A DNA stretch of 63,261 nt, counting the filler, from Choristocarpus tenellus KU-1152 (lineage: Eukaryota; Protista; Phaeophyceae), in NCBI GenBank assembly GCA_964200185.2. It is 11 parts of 11 records of this genome, joined end to end, with 100 filler letters (N's around TTAATTAATTAA, not from the genome) between each part and the next. Parts side by side here need not be neighbours in the genome. Positions count along the whole stretch, not along the records: positions 1 to 5,050 come from CAXNAD020012043.1; positions 5,151 to 14,286 come from CAXNAD020003952.1; 9 more parts are not named here. The stretch is one strand, 5' to 3'. The notes beneath the pieces are model-generated. The model searched no databases. It had not been told where the DNA came from and saw only the letters and a program-made list of their open reading frames with translations. Shown in pieces: positions 1 to 12,800 of this stretch. A program made the translations under genes and the position numbers. Numbering within the stretch: position 1 is the stretch's first letter; the number at the start of each line of letters is the position of its first letter.

Positions 1-99
1 GCGCGGGTCGGATTTGAAAAGTCAGCAAAAAAAAAGATCTGATTGACCGAAACGGATGCCCCCTCACAAACCACCCCCTCCCCCCAGATACTTTGACCC
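1..99. mobile_element. Partial MITE, family A variant
   Basis: Ends CCCCCAGATACTTTGACCC; reverse complement resembles 36528-36574. Confidence 0.7.
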
Positions 100-511
100 T
101 CCCGTCATGGTAGAGCTTGATGGTGTTCGCAAGGAAGGCACCCTGGCAAGGCAGGTGGTCGGCAAGGACTGTTTGCTCAAGACTGGCGAGACTGGAGGAG
201 TGGAGCTACACGAGCCTCATCAAGGGAGGGGAAGTCGCAGCATGTTACCAAGACATAAATTCTCTAATTGACCCCCAAATGCGGACCTATATTGCCTGGC
301 CCATTGCAGGGCCAAGGAGATGAACAAGAAGCATGTCCAAGCTGGTAATTATTGACCACCAAGCATGGAACTTTACATGCCTAAAAAAGGGGAGGAGACT
401 CAATGTCATATTTCTGAGGGTGCATGACATATTTCTGAGGGTGCATGACCCTAACCCTTACCCTACACGCGTTTTTTCAGACCCGTTTCGTTTTGCTTTT
501 TGACATTTTTG

Positions 512-640
512 GGCATTTCCAAACGGAAAATCGTGACGAGTGGGAATTACACAGCAAATTTTAGGCATTTCTGAACGAGGCAAATCTGAACGCAGGGTGG
601 ATTAGACCGTTTGTGACCAATTTTCAAGGCAAATCTGAAC
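512..640 (+). repeat. Four 13-bp subterminal direct repeats GGCAWWTCYRAAC upstream of the Harbinger transposase
   Basis: Copies at 512, 564, 579 and 628; position fits binding sites for the Harbinger ORF2 protein (inference). Confidence 0.55.
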
Positions 641-735
641 AGAATTCTTGGTGTTTCGATTTGCTGTGTTTGTTGTTGTTGGTAGCGTAGTACTTGGGGA
701 TACAAAATTATTTCCTATAGCACATCTGGTTCAAG

Positions 736-2408
736 ATGGACAAAATGGCTGAAGAGAGTGAGAGAGACCGAATGTCATTCTCCTCACGTTCATCATCCTC
801 GAGTTCATCGTCTTCCAGTTCGTCGTCTTCTAGTTCATCGTCTTCTAGTTCATTGTCTTTCCATGAATCTACCTTTAGGTTACAGGCGAGATCTAGGCAG
901 ACGATAAACGCAACTGGGATATTGCTCCTCTACGCTTTGATGCACGAGGAGGATATGGAGGAAGAGCGTCCAATATTTCGCAGGTTTCACATCCCCCACG
1001 ATCGGGCTGTTTACAAGGCGAGCTCGGTTATACTGGGATGAGAGGAAGCTCTGAAAGACGCCACTCGTGGGAGGCGCTGAAGTTCAGGAGGCGGTTCCGA
1101 GTCCCATTTGTTTTCTTTGATGATTTAGTGATGGAGGTACAAAGGCAGGGGTGGCTTGGTTGTTGAGCCGCAGATGCCGCCGGACGCCCTGCCATACCTG
1201 TGAAGCTGATCGTTAGCATACCCGCCAGTAGAGTTTGTGTGTGAAAGGGCTACCTCGATAGGGCTCGCAGATTCAACCGCCCTTTGGTCTGACAGTACTG
1301 GATGTGACTTACAGCCTGCAGGTGCTATCGGTTCTCCAAATCCTCGCCAGGGGAAACTGCTTTGATGATATCGACCAACTTTTAGGTATATCTGAGAGCA
1401 CAGCACAAACCACTTTTCACCGCTTCTGTGAGTGTTTCGCATGTGATATGTACTCTAAGGGGATTTATCTACCAGAGAGAGAAATTTTTGGGGAGGTCAT
1501 GCGTACGTATGGAGCTGTGGGGTTTCCTGGTGCTGTGGGTTCCACTGATGTCACACATGCGCGGTGGGAGAGGGCGCCCATTAGTGATGCCCCGTTACAT
1601 TGGTATGGAGGGTTACGTGACGGTCGCCTATGAAGTGCCCGTTGATTTGCCCGGGGAGTGACCGCTGGATTTCCTGAAGCCAAAAACGATAAGACAATCA
1701 TTCGATATGATGGTGCTATCCAGAAACTCAAGAATGACCCCACATACAGACAGCTAGAGTACAACGTCAAGGAATCCGTCGTGAACTGTTACACCGAGAA
1801 AGGGGCCTATGTCCTTGTCGATGAGGGCTAGCACAAGGTGACGGGAAGAATGTGACTGTAGGGCCATGCCTATGTTAGGGTTAGCTCCTGTGAAAATGAG
1901 TGCTCATCAAACTAGCAAGTCAAAATTTCTTTGCCCAACCCGATCTTTGCATTTGCAGTAGAGGAGCACAAAATTCCCCCTGAAGGCACCTGTCAGACAG
2001 GCACAGGCAAGGTGGATCGAACGAGTGGAGAGTGTAAGCAAGGATGTCGAGTGCGTTTTTGGCAGAGTCAAGGGCCGCTTCAGAATCCTCAAGCTGCCAC
2101 TACTATATTCGCATAGGAAGAAGATAGATAACATATTATTCACTTGCTGCATATTGCAAAACATGCTTCATTCATATGATGACCTTGGAGAGTTGAAGGG
2201 CAACACCGATTGGATAGGGGATGCTGGTCTCCATGATGCCTTCTACAGTGACCCTTACACTTATTTCACACGGATGGGCATGCCAAGGGACCAGGGGGGA
2301 GGGGGATCTGAAGAGTATGTGGAGATGGAGATGGGATTTGATGGGCTTAGGAATAAGCTCATAGCACACTTCAAGTACAAGGAAGAAAACAGAGAGATTT
2401 TTGGATGA
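736..2408 (+). pseudogene. PIF/Harbinger DDE transposase, degenerate, 2 introns
   Basis: Motifs FRRRFRVP, GRPAIPVKLI|VLSVLQILARG (intron 1212-1321), GFPGAVGSTDVTH, AKNDKTIIRYD, VDEG*HK|*R (intron 1838-1958; consensus DGGYHKWR) and ESVSKDVECVFGRVKGRFRILK..CCILQNML. Several stops and frameshifts. Confidence 0.9.
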
Positions 2409-2978
2409 GGTCCTGATGATGGAATCTTACTTGTCAAACAATAGTTTGCGTTTTGTGCTATTGACACTTTGTGTGATAGGTAACGGTACAATTGGTATTG
2501 TACTTTTGTGAAGTGCATACAAGAAGAGGTAGGAAGATGTAATACAGGAGAAGAGTCATTTGTCAGTACAATATAAAGAATGGTTGAGAGTCAACAATCA
2601 AAAGGAAGAATTAATTGCCACTGGTTGCTGACAATGTAATTTAGTAAATATTGTCCTCATGGAGAAGAGTAGCTCATCTCGTTATGAGCAGTGGAGAATT
2701 TCATACCCTAACCAACCTTTTGAAGAGTGCTGGGATCACCACTGTTACTTTAACATTGCTCGACGTCATGATACAGGGTCAGGGTTGACAGATTTGTTTA
2801 GTTGTACATCGGAAGCTCAAGATAAGAAGACTACCACACAAAAATATATTCCATAAAATAACAAATTACCTCAAATATAAACAAAGATTTGCCAATGCCG
2901 TCCATTGTGATGATGGTACACCTATATTCACGGCACCGCTGTCAAAGACTACTGAGCACTACACCGAAAGTTATGTTG

Positions 2979-3639
2979 TCACAGCTGATTCCCCAAGTCT
3001 ATCCCCCCACTACTGCTGCCTGTCCCCAAAGCCCCGAAGTCAACCCCCCCTTCGCCACTGTTTGGCTCCAAATCCCCCAAGCCCCCTTTCACCACTGTCC
3101 CACCACTTCCCAACATCATCCTATCACCGATATTCTGCCCCAGCCTTACTGCCACCAGCTGCTCATACCGTTTCCAACAGAACTCTGCTTGAATAGTATC
3201 ACCACTCTTCTGAAATGTCCTCCACGCTTGCTTAGCAGTCTTGAGCATTCCGTCAAAATTGCACATATCTTCCCTAGTATTAGCCTTTTCTTCCATTTCT
3301 GCCATTATGTCGTTTAGTCTCATGTCTCTAGCTGCATCATTCAATGTGGATACGAGGGTACCAATAAAGTGATCATCCATCCTACTCTTCTCCCTTGACC
3401 CCGCTTCCAATTTCAAGGTCTCCTCGGCAGCCCTCCGTAACTGCTGTCGGCTCCTCGATCGTGGCTTTGCTGCTAGCCCCGATCTCCTCATTGCCCCCAC
3501 ACCCTTCATTGAAGAGGACTCCACCAACTCCCCATCCTTCCTTAAGTCACATGAGGAGGTGAACCCTTCTTGTGGGGGACTCTGTTGAGAAGCTTGGTGC
3601 ACGTAAGGCTCGTCGCCGAAAGCTAGCAGTTGAATTGCA
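2979..3639 (-). pseudogene. Probable Harbinger second ORF, C-terminal part, 5' end cut by Copia LTR
   Basis: About 220 open codons convergent with the transposase, the usual two-gene Harbinger layout; no Myb/SANT motif visible because the 5' part is replaced by the LTR. Confidence 0.5.
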
Positions 3640-3861
3640 TGGTAAAGCACACACTGAATTATTTATTATCCGCAAGGTATCGTCCACTTGATGCTATTGT
3701 CCCACTATACCATCTGTAATATCCCACTAACTTACCATAACATACCGATGTGTACGGCACTACCTTGTATTGTACTAAACTAAAGATCAACGTACATATA
3801 AGCTATGTTGTTTACTTGGATCAGCACAGAAAACGTAAGGATAACACTAGGTTATTCGACA
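3640..3861 (-). repeat. 3' LTR of the Copia element (about 222 bp)
   Basis: Starts TGTCGAATAA immediately after the PPT (AAGGGGAGGA on - strand), has AATAAA about 25 nt before the inferred end TTTACCA. Inner boundary firm, outer boundary inferred. Confidence 0.65.
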
Positions 3862-5050
3862 TCCTCCCCTTGCTGAAAACAAGTATTAACTCTCAAACAA
3901 CCACAACAAAACAAAAAAAATAAAACACACATGTTGTGTCACATGTTCATAAAAAACTTTATATGTTGTCTATAAACTCGGACTGGCAAATTCTTAGTCA
4001 ATACATCTGCCCTCTGATTTGCAGTGCCAACAAAAACAACACGAATCTCTCCTTTTCTAGACAACACGGACATCAATGTGCTTTGTTCTAGTAGAGCTTG
4101 TGGAATTTCATGCTAGTTTGCATGCACCATCGTTATCCTCAAACAATTCAATGCAACGCCTAGGAAACTGTGGCTGAATTTTGACTCCAACGGGTTCGCC
4201 CTCTGGCGATATGAATTTACCACTGACTTTGGTGGTACTGCCCTCCTCTGAGGGCTTGCCTTCCTCTGAAGACTTGCCCTCCTCTGAGGGCAAACAGCTT
4301 GCTGGTGGCCAATCTTCCCGCAGCTGTAACACGATCCACTGAATGTACAGGGACCGAAATGCTTCGCCAATCCACATATATCGCAAATCTCTCGGGCCTT
4401 GGTAAGCCCCCTGGAACGGGATCCTGTCGTCCCAGGGTCAATACGATGACCAGTCGCACCACGGTTGCCATCTCGGCCAGCCTTTATCACGGTCCTCGCG
4501 GCCAGAGCACTCCCGAACTCTCCGCGATCTCCTACCTCTCATTGGAGTGAGAAGTAGCGCGAGCGAGCAGCTTGTTGTATAGTAGTCCTTGAGCGCTCAC
4601 TCTTGTTATGATGCTGAAGATAGTGTTTGGTGATCTGATAGGCATCATCCAAACTGTCTAACATAGCGATTTCAAGAACCTGTTCGGACATCACATGCCC
4701 TATCATCACCATCTGACCAACCCAGTCCAGCATCATTGTGAAGGTAATTTGGGGGTCTGACCCCCTTGGCATCTTGACCGTCATTACTTTCCTTTGAAGT
4801 CTGGCTATTTCCTCATCAGACTGAACGAGGAAGTGTTCACGCAATTGTTTCCAGGCTCCTGAAGGTGAGGCAGCATTGCGGACTATACACTGGTAAATTC
4901 CACTGGTGCTCCTCAGTAGGACGTCATATGCCTTCTTGGCCTTGGTGATCTCATCTTCATCTACATCTTCCGGCTTGATGAAATCAATATCACCCACCCT
5001 GATTGGTTCCTCTCTGTACTTCAATGCTTCGTCGATGTCCCCCTTCGCCC
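3640..5050 (-). mobile_element. Ty1/Copia LTR retrotransposon, internally deleted (gag joined to RNase H tail), 5' end off contig
   Basis: gag (AWKQLREHF..MLDSLDDAY), zinc knuckle CYSCGKIGHQQAVC, then near 4180 directly IELFEDNDGACKLA*NSTSSTRTKHIDVR..NQRADVLTK (Copia RNase H end); polypurine tract just before the LTR. Confidence 0.9.
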
Positions 5051-5150
5051 NNNNNNNNNNNNNNNNNNNNNNNNNNNNNNNNNNNNNNNNNNNNTTAATT
5101 AATTAANNNNNNNNNNNNNNNNNNNNNNNNNNNNNNNNNNNNNNNNNNNN
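5051..5150. other. Artificial contig linker (N44-TTAATTAATTAA-N44), first of 10
   Basis: Identical 100-bp cassettes at 5051, 14287, 27915, 31600, 36575, 40136, 44968, 47911, 55837 and 59863; the 12-mer puts stops in all six frames. Defines 11 independent contigs. Confidence 0.98.
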
Positions 5151-5222
5151 GGGGGGGGGGTCTACACCAGGGCGTCCATTTGGGTCAAAATCAGGAAAAG
5201 TGCATTTACATTGTCCATCCGA
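5151..5222 (+). mobile_element. MITE family A fragment at contig start
   Basis: poly-G-TCTACACCAGGGCGTCCATTTGGG..AGGAAAAGTGCA shared with the 15777, 37022 and 50620 copies. Confidence 0.8.
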
Positions 5223-8200
5223 TTTATCACTGGGAAAGGAACTTGATACTGGTGTAGTTCCCTCTTGTCTGGAAAAGGTACTGCAGTCAACCATACACCA
5301 TCCAATAATATCTCATGTCGTTCTGACTTCAAAGAAAATGAGAAGTACCCAGGTTTTGCCCGTTTTGCCCTTTAAGGCAGCTTTTCAAGCTTTTTCAGTT
5401 CATCCATATTTCTATTGATGACTAGCTGAGTTTGACTTGAGACCGTTGATTTCTCTATCGTTTGAGACTTCTCAACAGAATTATGGAAAGTCCCTATATG
5501 CATTTGTGGAACAAGGTCCAAATTTGCACACATTTGTCAGCATCCTTAAAATGCAACTTTGCTGAGTATATATTTGAAAGGAGACCTATCCTCTAACATT
5601 CTTGGCTAATTATTTTCGTTGGTTGTGCTTCACAATTATCCCCTGAGGCAAAGGGGACAGACAAGAACTTGCCCCACTGCCTCGTTAATGCTATGACTGA
5701 GAGAGTTCCTAGCCCTGTGTTCCAACATACAGTTGTAAAATTGTACTATATAGAGGTTTAATACCTCGTATTGTCATACGAGTAAGTATTAATGGTGAAT
5801 GCTATTTCTGTGCATCGTTGGGAGCTGAACAAAGCACTGGCAGTTGATCCCCTAGTTCCTAGATGTTAAAAATAGTCGCCCTGCAGCATTCGAAAGCCTT
5901 TCACACGTTGGGAGGAGTCATTGTTTTGTTAATGGAGAGAAGGGAAGGACCTGGGTCCTACTACATGACCCCGCTTGGCACTGACTCCTAAAGTATTGTA
6001 GGCTTGACTCTGCTCTCAGATGACTTGGTCTAAATGTGTGGTGGGAAGAGTGGTACCAACAGTAGTACCCTTACTTCTTTATCTCAGTCAGTCGGTGTGA
6101 GAGATGAGACTGGAGGTCACAAAGGTTAAACCTATCAGGAGGGGAAAGGGGCATATTCCCATCTGGGTTAACTCCAACTACGGTGGCAGGAGAACTAACA
6201 TTGATAGTAATGCGTGGAGTAATGAAAAAAATAAAACCATATTATTGCAGCTTTGAGGAAAAGAACCTCCAAGATTATGGTTGCGGTTTCAAGGCCTGAT
6301 ACTATGCCTGAAAGTATACTTCAAAAAGAGTATAGGTTCCTATGAGCTCAACAGGGTTCATTACATATATCAGTACGTTTGGTACATATCTTGATGACTT
6401 GTAGTTTGTATTTTAAGTTGAAACCTTGAGTTACATTCCAGCAATAGTTTGACGTTGTGCATGCAATTGGTTCTGCAGAGAATAGAAGTAATGTAACATG
6501 TGCAAATGGGTCATGGAGCCGATTAGTGCCTTTCTGCACCACAGACCTCCAAGAGTAAGCACTCAAGTCAACAACTTCATATCGTGCAGCAATGTTCAGA
6601 CATCTCCTATTAACAGAACGTTCTCTGCAGCCTTCCAACTTAATAAATGTGGTCGCTTTGGCACAGTGCAGCAGAAGATGACCACAAGCAGGTCAACACA
6701 ATAGCTTTTCTGTGATGATACCTTTCATTTCCTCTTGCACTTTGCTGTGCTAGAAATTACATCGCCTCCATTTCTGTTGGCAGCAGCAGCCCCTAAAGCC
6801 GACCCCTTACCAAAAAGCTGAAATCTTTCAGCAATAGAAGGATGCTTGAAGTTGAAGCAGAAGGACAGTGTTCAGACAATGATGGATGGGCCCATTGTGA
6901 TCGATGCTTTCATCACCCGTCCCTTCCTCAATGATATGGCATGTACATGATAGTCAGCATAGGCATTCTTGTCCAGCAAAGTGTCATGGCCCTTGTATGA
7001 TGTGACAAATGTGATCCTTCACTGAAAGCGAAAAGGTGAAGATGTTCACTAAGTAGACACAAGGAGTGCTACATTTACAGTTTATAGCCATGTCTGGTCA
7101 CTATGAAGTATATAATTGAGCAAAGCCAAAAGTATGCACCTTATCAGTTGAAAAAACAAAAATTGGGACCAGGACTACATTGTAACTGGAGTCTTTATTG
7201 GAAGGAACCGACACACATTAGCATTAGGGTTATAAAATCTAAGACACCAAAGGAAAAAGAGAAGACATATTTAGGCAGGTTCTGAGGACTATCTCATTTC
7301 TCTGTAGATCGATGCATGGCAGTGACATTTAGTGTGGCACAATCAAATTTCAAATTGAGTGCTGACCAATCTCCAAATCGCCCTACAACCTCATGAAAAT
7401 ATTCTAGATTCTCTGACAGCAAAAAGAATCTCCGTTTGTTGTAAGGGATCTGTCCCCCTATTTGTGCCTGTAGGAGCTTGGCTGGACAGTAACCTCCCGA
7501 TTGTACAATCTATGAGTGCACAAAAATCATGGCGAGCAACAAGAAACCGTATCATTTAATTTTCAAATTTAAGCCTTTATACTATCCAAAATCTTTGACA
7601 ACATCATCACAGTATCAAACGAGAAAAACTGGCACTATTGCTACTGTGTAAGTAACTTCGCCAGTAACCTATAAACTACACACACAAAGGGGGAGTTGAC
7701 TGTCTAATAATGCTCAACAGAGGTGTCTCGGACTACATTTCAGAAACAACAATACACTGTGTATGCAGCACAAGCACACATGTATCACCTATAGTTATTG
7801 GTCACTGTCTACCCAGATGTCTATACAGATTATTTAGAGTCTGCTTTTGGAAACTACTAGTTAAAACAACCATACTTTGCCTCATTGCACCACCACAATC
7901 AATAGGAGTGTTCTCAAATTCAGCATGCTTAAGCAAGAGAAATACTTTGGTGCTCAAGAGGGTGTGTGCCAATTTTTCTGTTTCACTCTCTTGCAATCTA
8001 GACACTGAGTACGTAAGCTTTCCAAGATCATGTTTGCTGCCTAGGTACCAGTTCTGCAACACAGTAGAACTTAGGGTTAGGGTTAGTCGCAAAACATTCC
8101 CGTACTGTGTATAGTATTGTCTGTTCAGTGATGAAAGTAGAAATATGTACATACAGATTGTATTTACCATAGGAGAACAAAAATCCAGACCTGGCAGGAG

Positions 8201-8384
8201 GGTCAAGCTTTGAGGCTATTCTAAGCCCCACACCATCCACATCAGTGCAATACTTACACAATATTTTACAGAGCATTTAGTCTACCGTGTACGGACCACA
8301 ACAAAATTTTATGTCAGGAGAAGATATCACCCTCACATGAACACTTGCACTGTTCTCTGGAGGAGGCCCAGCTGTGTCAAACTG

Positions 8385-9668
8385 TCATGATTTATAATTC
8401 CCTCCAGCGGATTGGGGCTCCAGTATCAACTCAAACACCTGCTCCCCCACACGCATAAATTTAGCCTCGAAATTGCTTACAGGTTCATCTGTCAGAAAAG
8501 GCTTTGGTCCAGCATGCGCACTCGAAATGTAGTTCGGCATTGTTGCCTCAGTTCCTTTCCCAGCCCTTAATATTGTACCCCTGCCTAATTCCGTCTCAGT
8601 TGCAGAGGGTACATCTCCTTGTATAGCCAGTACAGCAAGGCACATCTCCTGGAGGAATGTTTCCCAGTTTGAACGAACTGTTATCCGCCCCCCAAGGCGC
8701 AGAATGGTGGGAAAGACTGGATGGCCATGCCAGCGCCCTCGTAGCTGAGATTTCTTCGGGTGGGGGTTCGGATAGAGCAAGTAGTGCTCACGGACTTCCC
8801 ATTCGCCTCGCCTTTGTGCTAAGAGCCAAAAGTCCACCAGATCAGCACGAATAAGGAGGAGGTTCTTAGGGGCGATCTCCTCTACCTTTCTCCCTGTTCT
8901 AGCCTCACAGCTACTACCTCCCTTCTCTTCCATCACGGTGTTGTGCCCAGTGCTACTCAAATTAATGTCCACACCTGTCACCTGTGCACTGATTCCGCGA
9001 CATTCACGTGCAGTGCTCCTGGACAAACGTACGACAGATCTGTCGACTCCAAGCACAGGAACGTCGGGGTATTTCTGAGAGCGAAGAAAAGGGATATGGT
9101 GGAGACTTTAATTGATATCAGGATGCTCAAGCTTGCCGTGGCACCAACGAAAAATTCATTCCACTTCTAGGCTATCAGTGTCTTGACAAGCCTGACTCTT
9201 CGCCCTGCTCCATTGAGCCCTGGTTGAACTTCGATAGATACTTGCCTTTGCCAGCCACAAGCTCGATCTCCCTGTTCCACATCCTGAATCTAGGATTACA
9301 GGAAGACGACTCCGGTGTGGCTCGAACGGACCCTGGGACGTGTCGATCCTGTGGTCGTAAAAGTCTCGAACAAAACACTCAGCCTCCTCGAACGCTTGAC
9401 TTGTGTGGGAAGCAATTGGATGATTTTCAATAAAGCGCTGTTCCATTAGCTTGTGTTTCAGCGCCACACTCACAACATCACGATGGGGCTTGTGTATGTC
9501 TATCGTATATTCTGTTGCAACCCCATTCCACTTCTGCAAACTCCTTGAATACACTGAAGGCGAGAAGAAACATGGTTTTGCCTGAGAACCTCCTATCACT
9601 TGAGGAGGTTTGAAACCAGCGGCTAGACCAAGAGCAACCAAAATGGCGGTGGCATATATCGAAATCAT
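8385..9668 (-). CDS. trmB-like: TrmB-like tRNA (guanine-N7) SAM-dependent methyltransferase, predicted plastid-targeted; exons 9668-9246 and 9074-8385
   Basis: SAM motif ILDSGCGTG, LGVDRS, LLYPNPHPKK..RWHGHP, RSNW, SNFEAKF. Phase-0 intron AG|GCAAGT..CTCTCAG joins WLAK|KYPDVPVLGVD. Signal peptide ending AAG-F. Confidence 0.85.
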
Positions 9669-9851
9669 CTCCCCTCTATACGTCTGTGTATTATAACAGT
9701 AATTTCATCTATATTGACATGAAACACTCCCACCCCTAACTCCCACACGCCTTCCATTACAATACAAAAGAGGTCTATGTTACTTCCCCCTCAATCTATT
9801 AATACACAGGATTTGATACCTCCATAGTTTACGGTGGGGCAAACCTTACTC

Positions 9852-12800
9852 ATGCCTAAGCACGCTCTTCCTTCCAGCTCGGAGAAGCTCCTTGCCCCAC
9901 CTCACGTTCGCGGTCCATCGTGAGTGTAGGCAGGTCATATGGCGTGGGGTGCACTTAGGGATGTACACAAATTCTTTGGATTTGCGGACCCAGAAAGAGA
10001 CGAAGCCAGTTAACTTGGTCCATTTTTCTCCCCTGTCTATTTGGCAGAACATCCTCTTCGGAAGCCTTAGTTGTCCCGGCATCATCATTGTCACCTGTTG
10101 CAAGGGGAGCCAGGTAAGTAAGATCTTCATGGTCTGATCACGCTTACGGTTGTTCAACTGCCTGCTGGCTTTGTTGTTACAGCCATATTTCCCCCCTCCA
10201 ATTTTTGTTTTCCGGGGCATTTTATTTTAACTACTCTCGATCTAGATACGCATATTTCGATGACAACCATGTTTCGTGCAAAGGGAAACGCACGTACTTG
10301 TTATACACTGTAACGTTCATAAACCTCTATGTGCAACACAGACCTCCTACAGCAGTCTTATCCAATGAAGTGCTGCTCCGCTCGAAGATCGCTGAGCTCG
10401 AGGGGAAAGGCAGAGTTGATGGTTCGAAGGTGGAGGTGGAGGGAAATACGAAAGGTAGGAGCGGGGGCCGAGGGACAGGAAAGGACACCAAGGGGAAATC
10501 CATCAACGTTGCCAGAGTGGAGAACGAGGAGAACCTTCTTCAGCAGTTCGATTTTCAGGTTTGCCCAGTGAAGGGGCGCTAATTTTTCGCCTTCTGCAAC
10601 TTTATTGCACGGAACGGTCGCCAGTCTTAACTAAGAAGGAATGGGTGAGAATAGATGTTTACATGAAATTTCGAAGTCAAGTCACGTGGACATACAAGTC
10701 ACCTAACCTCTCCACCCTACCAATCACAGATTTCGCAGTTTTTTTCCTGCAGCAGGAAGAGCGAGGGGGGTAGCAACGACTTGGACCACCTCGAACAGGA
10801 CGATCCAGATCAGATTTCTCAGTCGGAAAGGGTGCAGGTTAGTGGAGTTGAACACCGTTGCGTCACAGATATTGTGGCAGCTAAAACGCTCACTCACTGA
10901 CACCGTCGATTGAGTAGGTGATTGAGAAATTGTGAGGAAGGCCTGCTGGAGCTTCAAAGGAAAGCTGAGCTGTATTGGTGCAAAAGAACATTGATTGCAT
11001 GACGTGATTGTGTGCCCTACTTCAACTTACTGCCCTGATCACAGGACAAATTACACACCTTGGCACAAAGTAGTCACCTTCATCTCTGTTCCAATTCCAC
11101 AACTGCTTTTTGCAGATCTTGGCTTCGAGTTTCAAGGCTTTTCAATCCTTTTCTGCTTTGTCCTCTTATTTTTCTCCCTTGTTACCAACTGTGGTTGTAA
11201 GCAGGCACTTAGGGGTATGTACCAGGAACAGCTGCGAATTGCAAGGTGGACTGGCAGGCAGGCACATGTTCTAAAGGACAAAATCCGGCAACTAGAACAT
11301 TCCAATGAGGTGTGGTAAACGAATCATGACAACACAGATTGGAATTTTTTCTCCCATTTCCCTCCTTAACAACAGCAATCTCAACTGGGGGGAGAACCAA
11401 AACCAAATGTTGCTGTCAGATAAAGTGCATGACTGTGCACTCCTGTAATTGTAGTGTAACCACATCCAGTCACCAACCCCTATTATAATCCCTGTATAGG
11501 TGATTGGTTCATCCTTTGCCTATCTGCCCAGTCAATATCACAGAACGAACCACCCCAATTGGAAGAGTATCAGCCTCAAGGAAGCCTGTGTCCGTGTGTT
11601 TCCCTCCATCTTTTGTTATGTTCCCACATTGTCCCACCCTGCAACTTTTTGGTGCCACATTGGAGACAAGATAATGAGGTCTGAGATGGAACACTGCACA
11701 AATGAGATTGCCCGATTGGAGATGGCGGCTGAAAAGCTCCAGGCCCTGAGCATCACTTTGGATGGGAGAAGAAAATTGTTGGTGGAACAACGGGCCAAAG
11801 ACGCGTCGAAGGAAGCTGACCAACGGTAAGAGAGGGAATTGGTGGGAGGAAGGGGGCATTGAGCAGGGTAAATGCATGTTGCACTGTCACTGCTTGCAGA
11901 TAACTGTTAAAACTTGAAAGCTGCAACAGGTCCGATCTATCTGATCTATGCTTATCTGCGCTTTTTTTAGCCTGTAACCTGCAACATTTTTTTTTTCTGT
12001 GCCCTAGACTGTCTGCCTGTGTGCCACATGCAATAATCCTGTGCAATTTGCGGGCTTAGTGAATGATGCCTGAGGCACTACCCAGGCAAACATAGAGTTT
12101 TTCGGTGTTGTTGCTACCCTACTGTCGTACTATTGTACCTACATTTAATCTGAACCCAGGGTACCATGGATATTTACACTTCGGGTAGAAAATCGAAAGC
12201 GTCTCAATGTTGTACAAGGTAGAATACTGTATGAATTAGAATACTGTACAAGGTAGAATACTATATGAATTAGAATACTGTACAAGGTAGAATACTGTAT
12301 GAATTAGAATACTGTACAAGGTAGAATACTGTATGAATTAGAATACTGTACAAGGTAGAATACTATATGAATTAGAATACTGTATGAATTAGAATACTGT
12401 ACAAGGTAGAATAAATGACACTCAATAATGGTTCAATGATAGTGATTAGGGTAGAATCCCAATCGATATGGGGTAATAAATTTAATTTGATGTGATCCAA
12501 ACTGGGCTGAGGACACGTAGAGGTGTGGGATACAGGTGAAGCACCACCAGGGGGGGGGGTTGATTCAGCTACCACGGGTTTTTGGACCCCAGTTTCAACT
12601 TGATGCCTGAAGGCTTGGCAAGAATCCTACCTGGGTCTCCGTTGTTATTGAATTGTATTTTATCATTCACTTCCTCCTCCATCTCGCCCAAATCTTCTTG
12701 GCCTGGTGCTTCCCCCTCTCTACCCCCCACCCTGACAGGCTCGCCCAATGTGGTAAAGTGGAATGCCGTCTCATTCTTCTGTTCTTTTGCCTTGTCAAAG

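Noticed and set aside
4539-4541. Programmed readthrough or selenocysteine at the in-frame TGA in gag
   Set aside because: More simply a CGA-to-TGA mutation in an element with other stops and deletions.
5095-5106. Recurring TTAATTAATTAA palindrome as a biological motif
   Set aside because: Always centred in identical N runs; an assembly linker.
10753-10773. Apparent frameshift/stop in taxilin exon 4
   Set aside because: Disappears when the acceptor at 10729 is used, which has an upstream CCTAAC branch-like site.
12211-12412. CRISPR-like array
   Set aside because: Pure tandem repeat without unique spacers, inside an intron, no cas genes.
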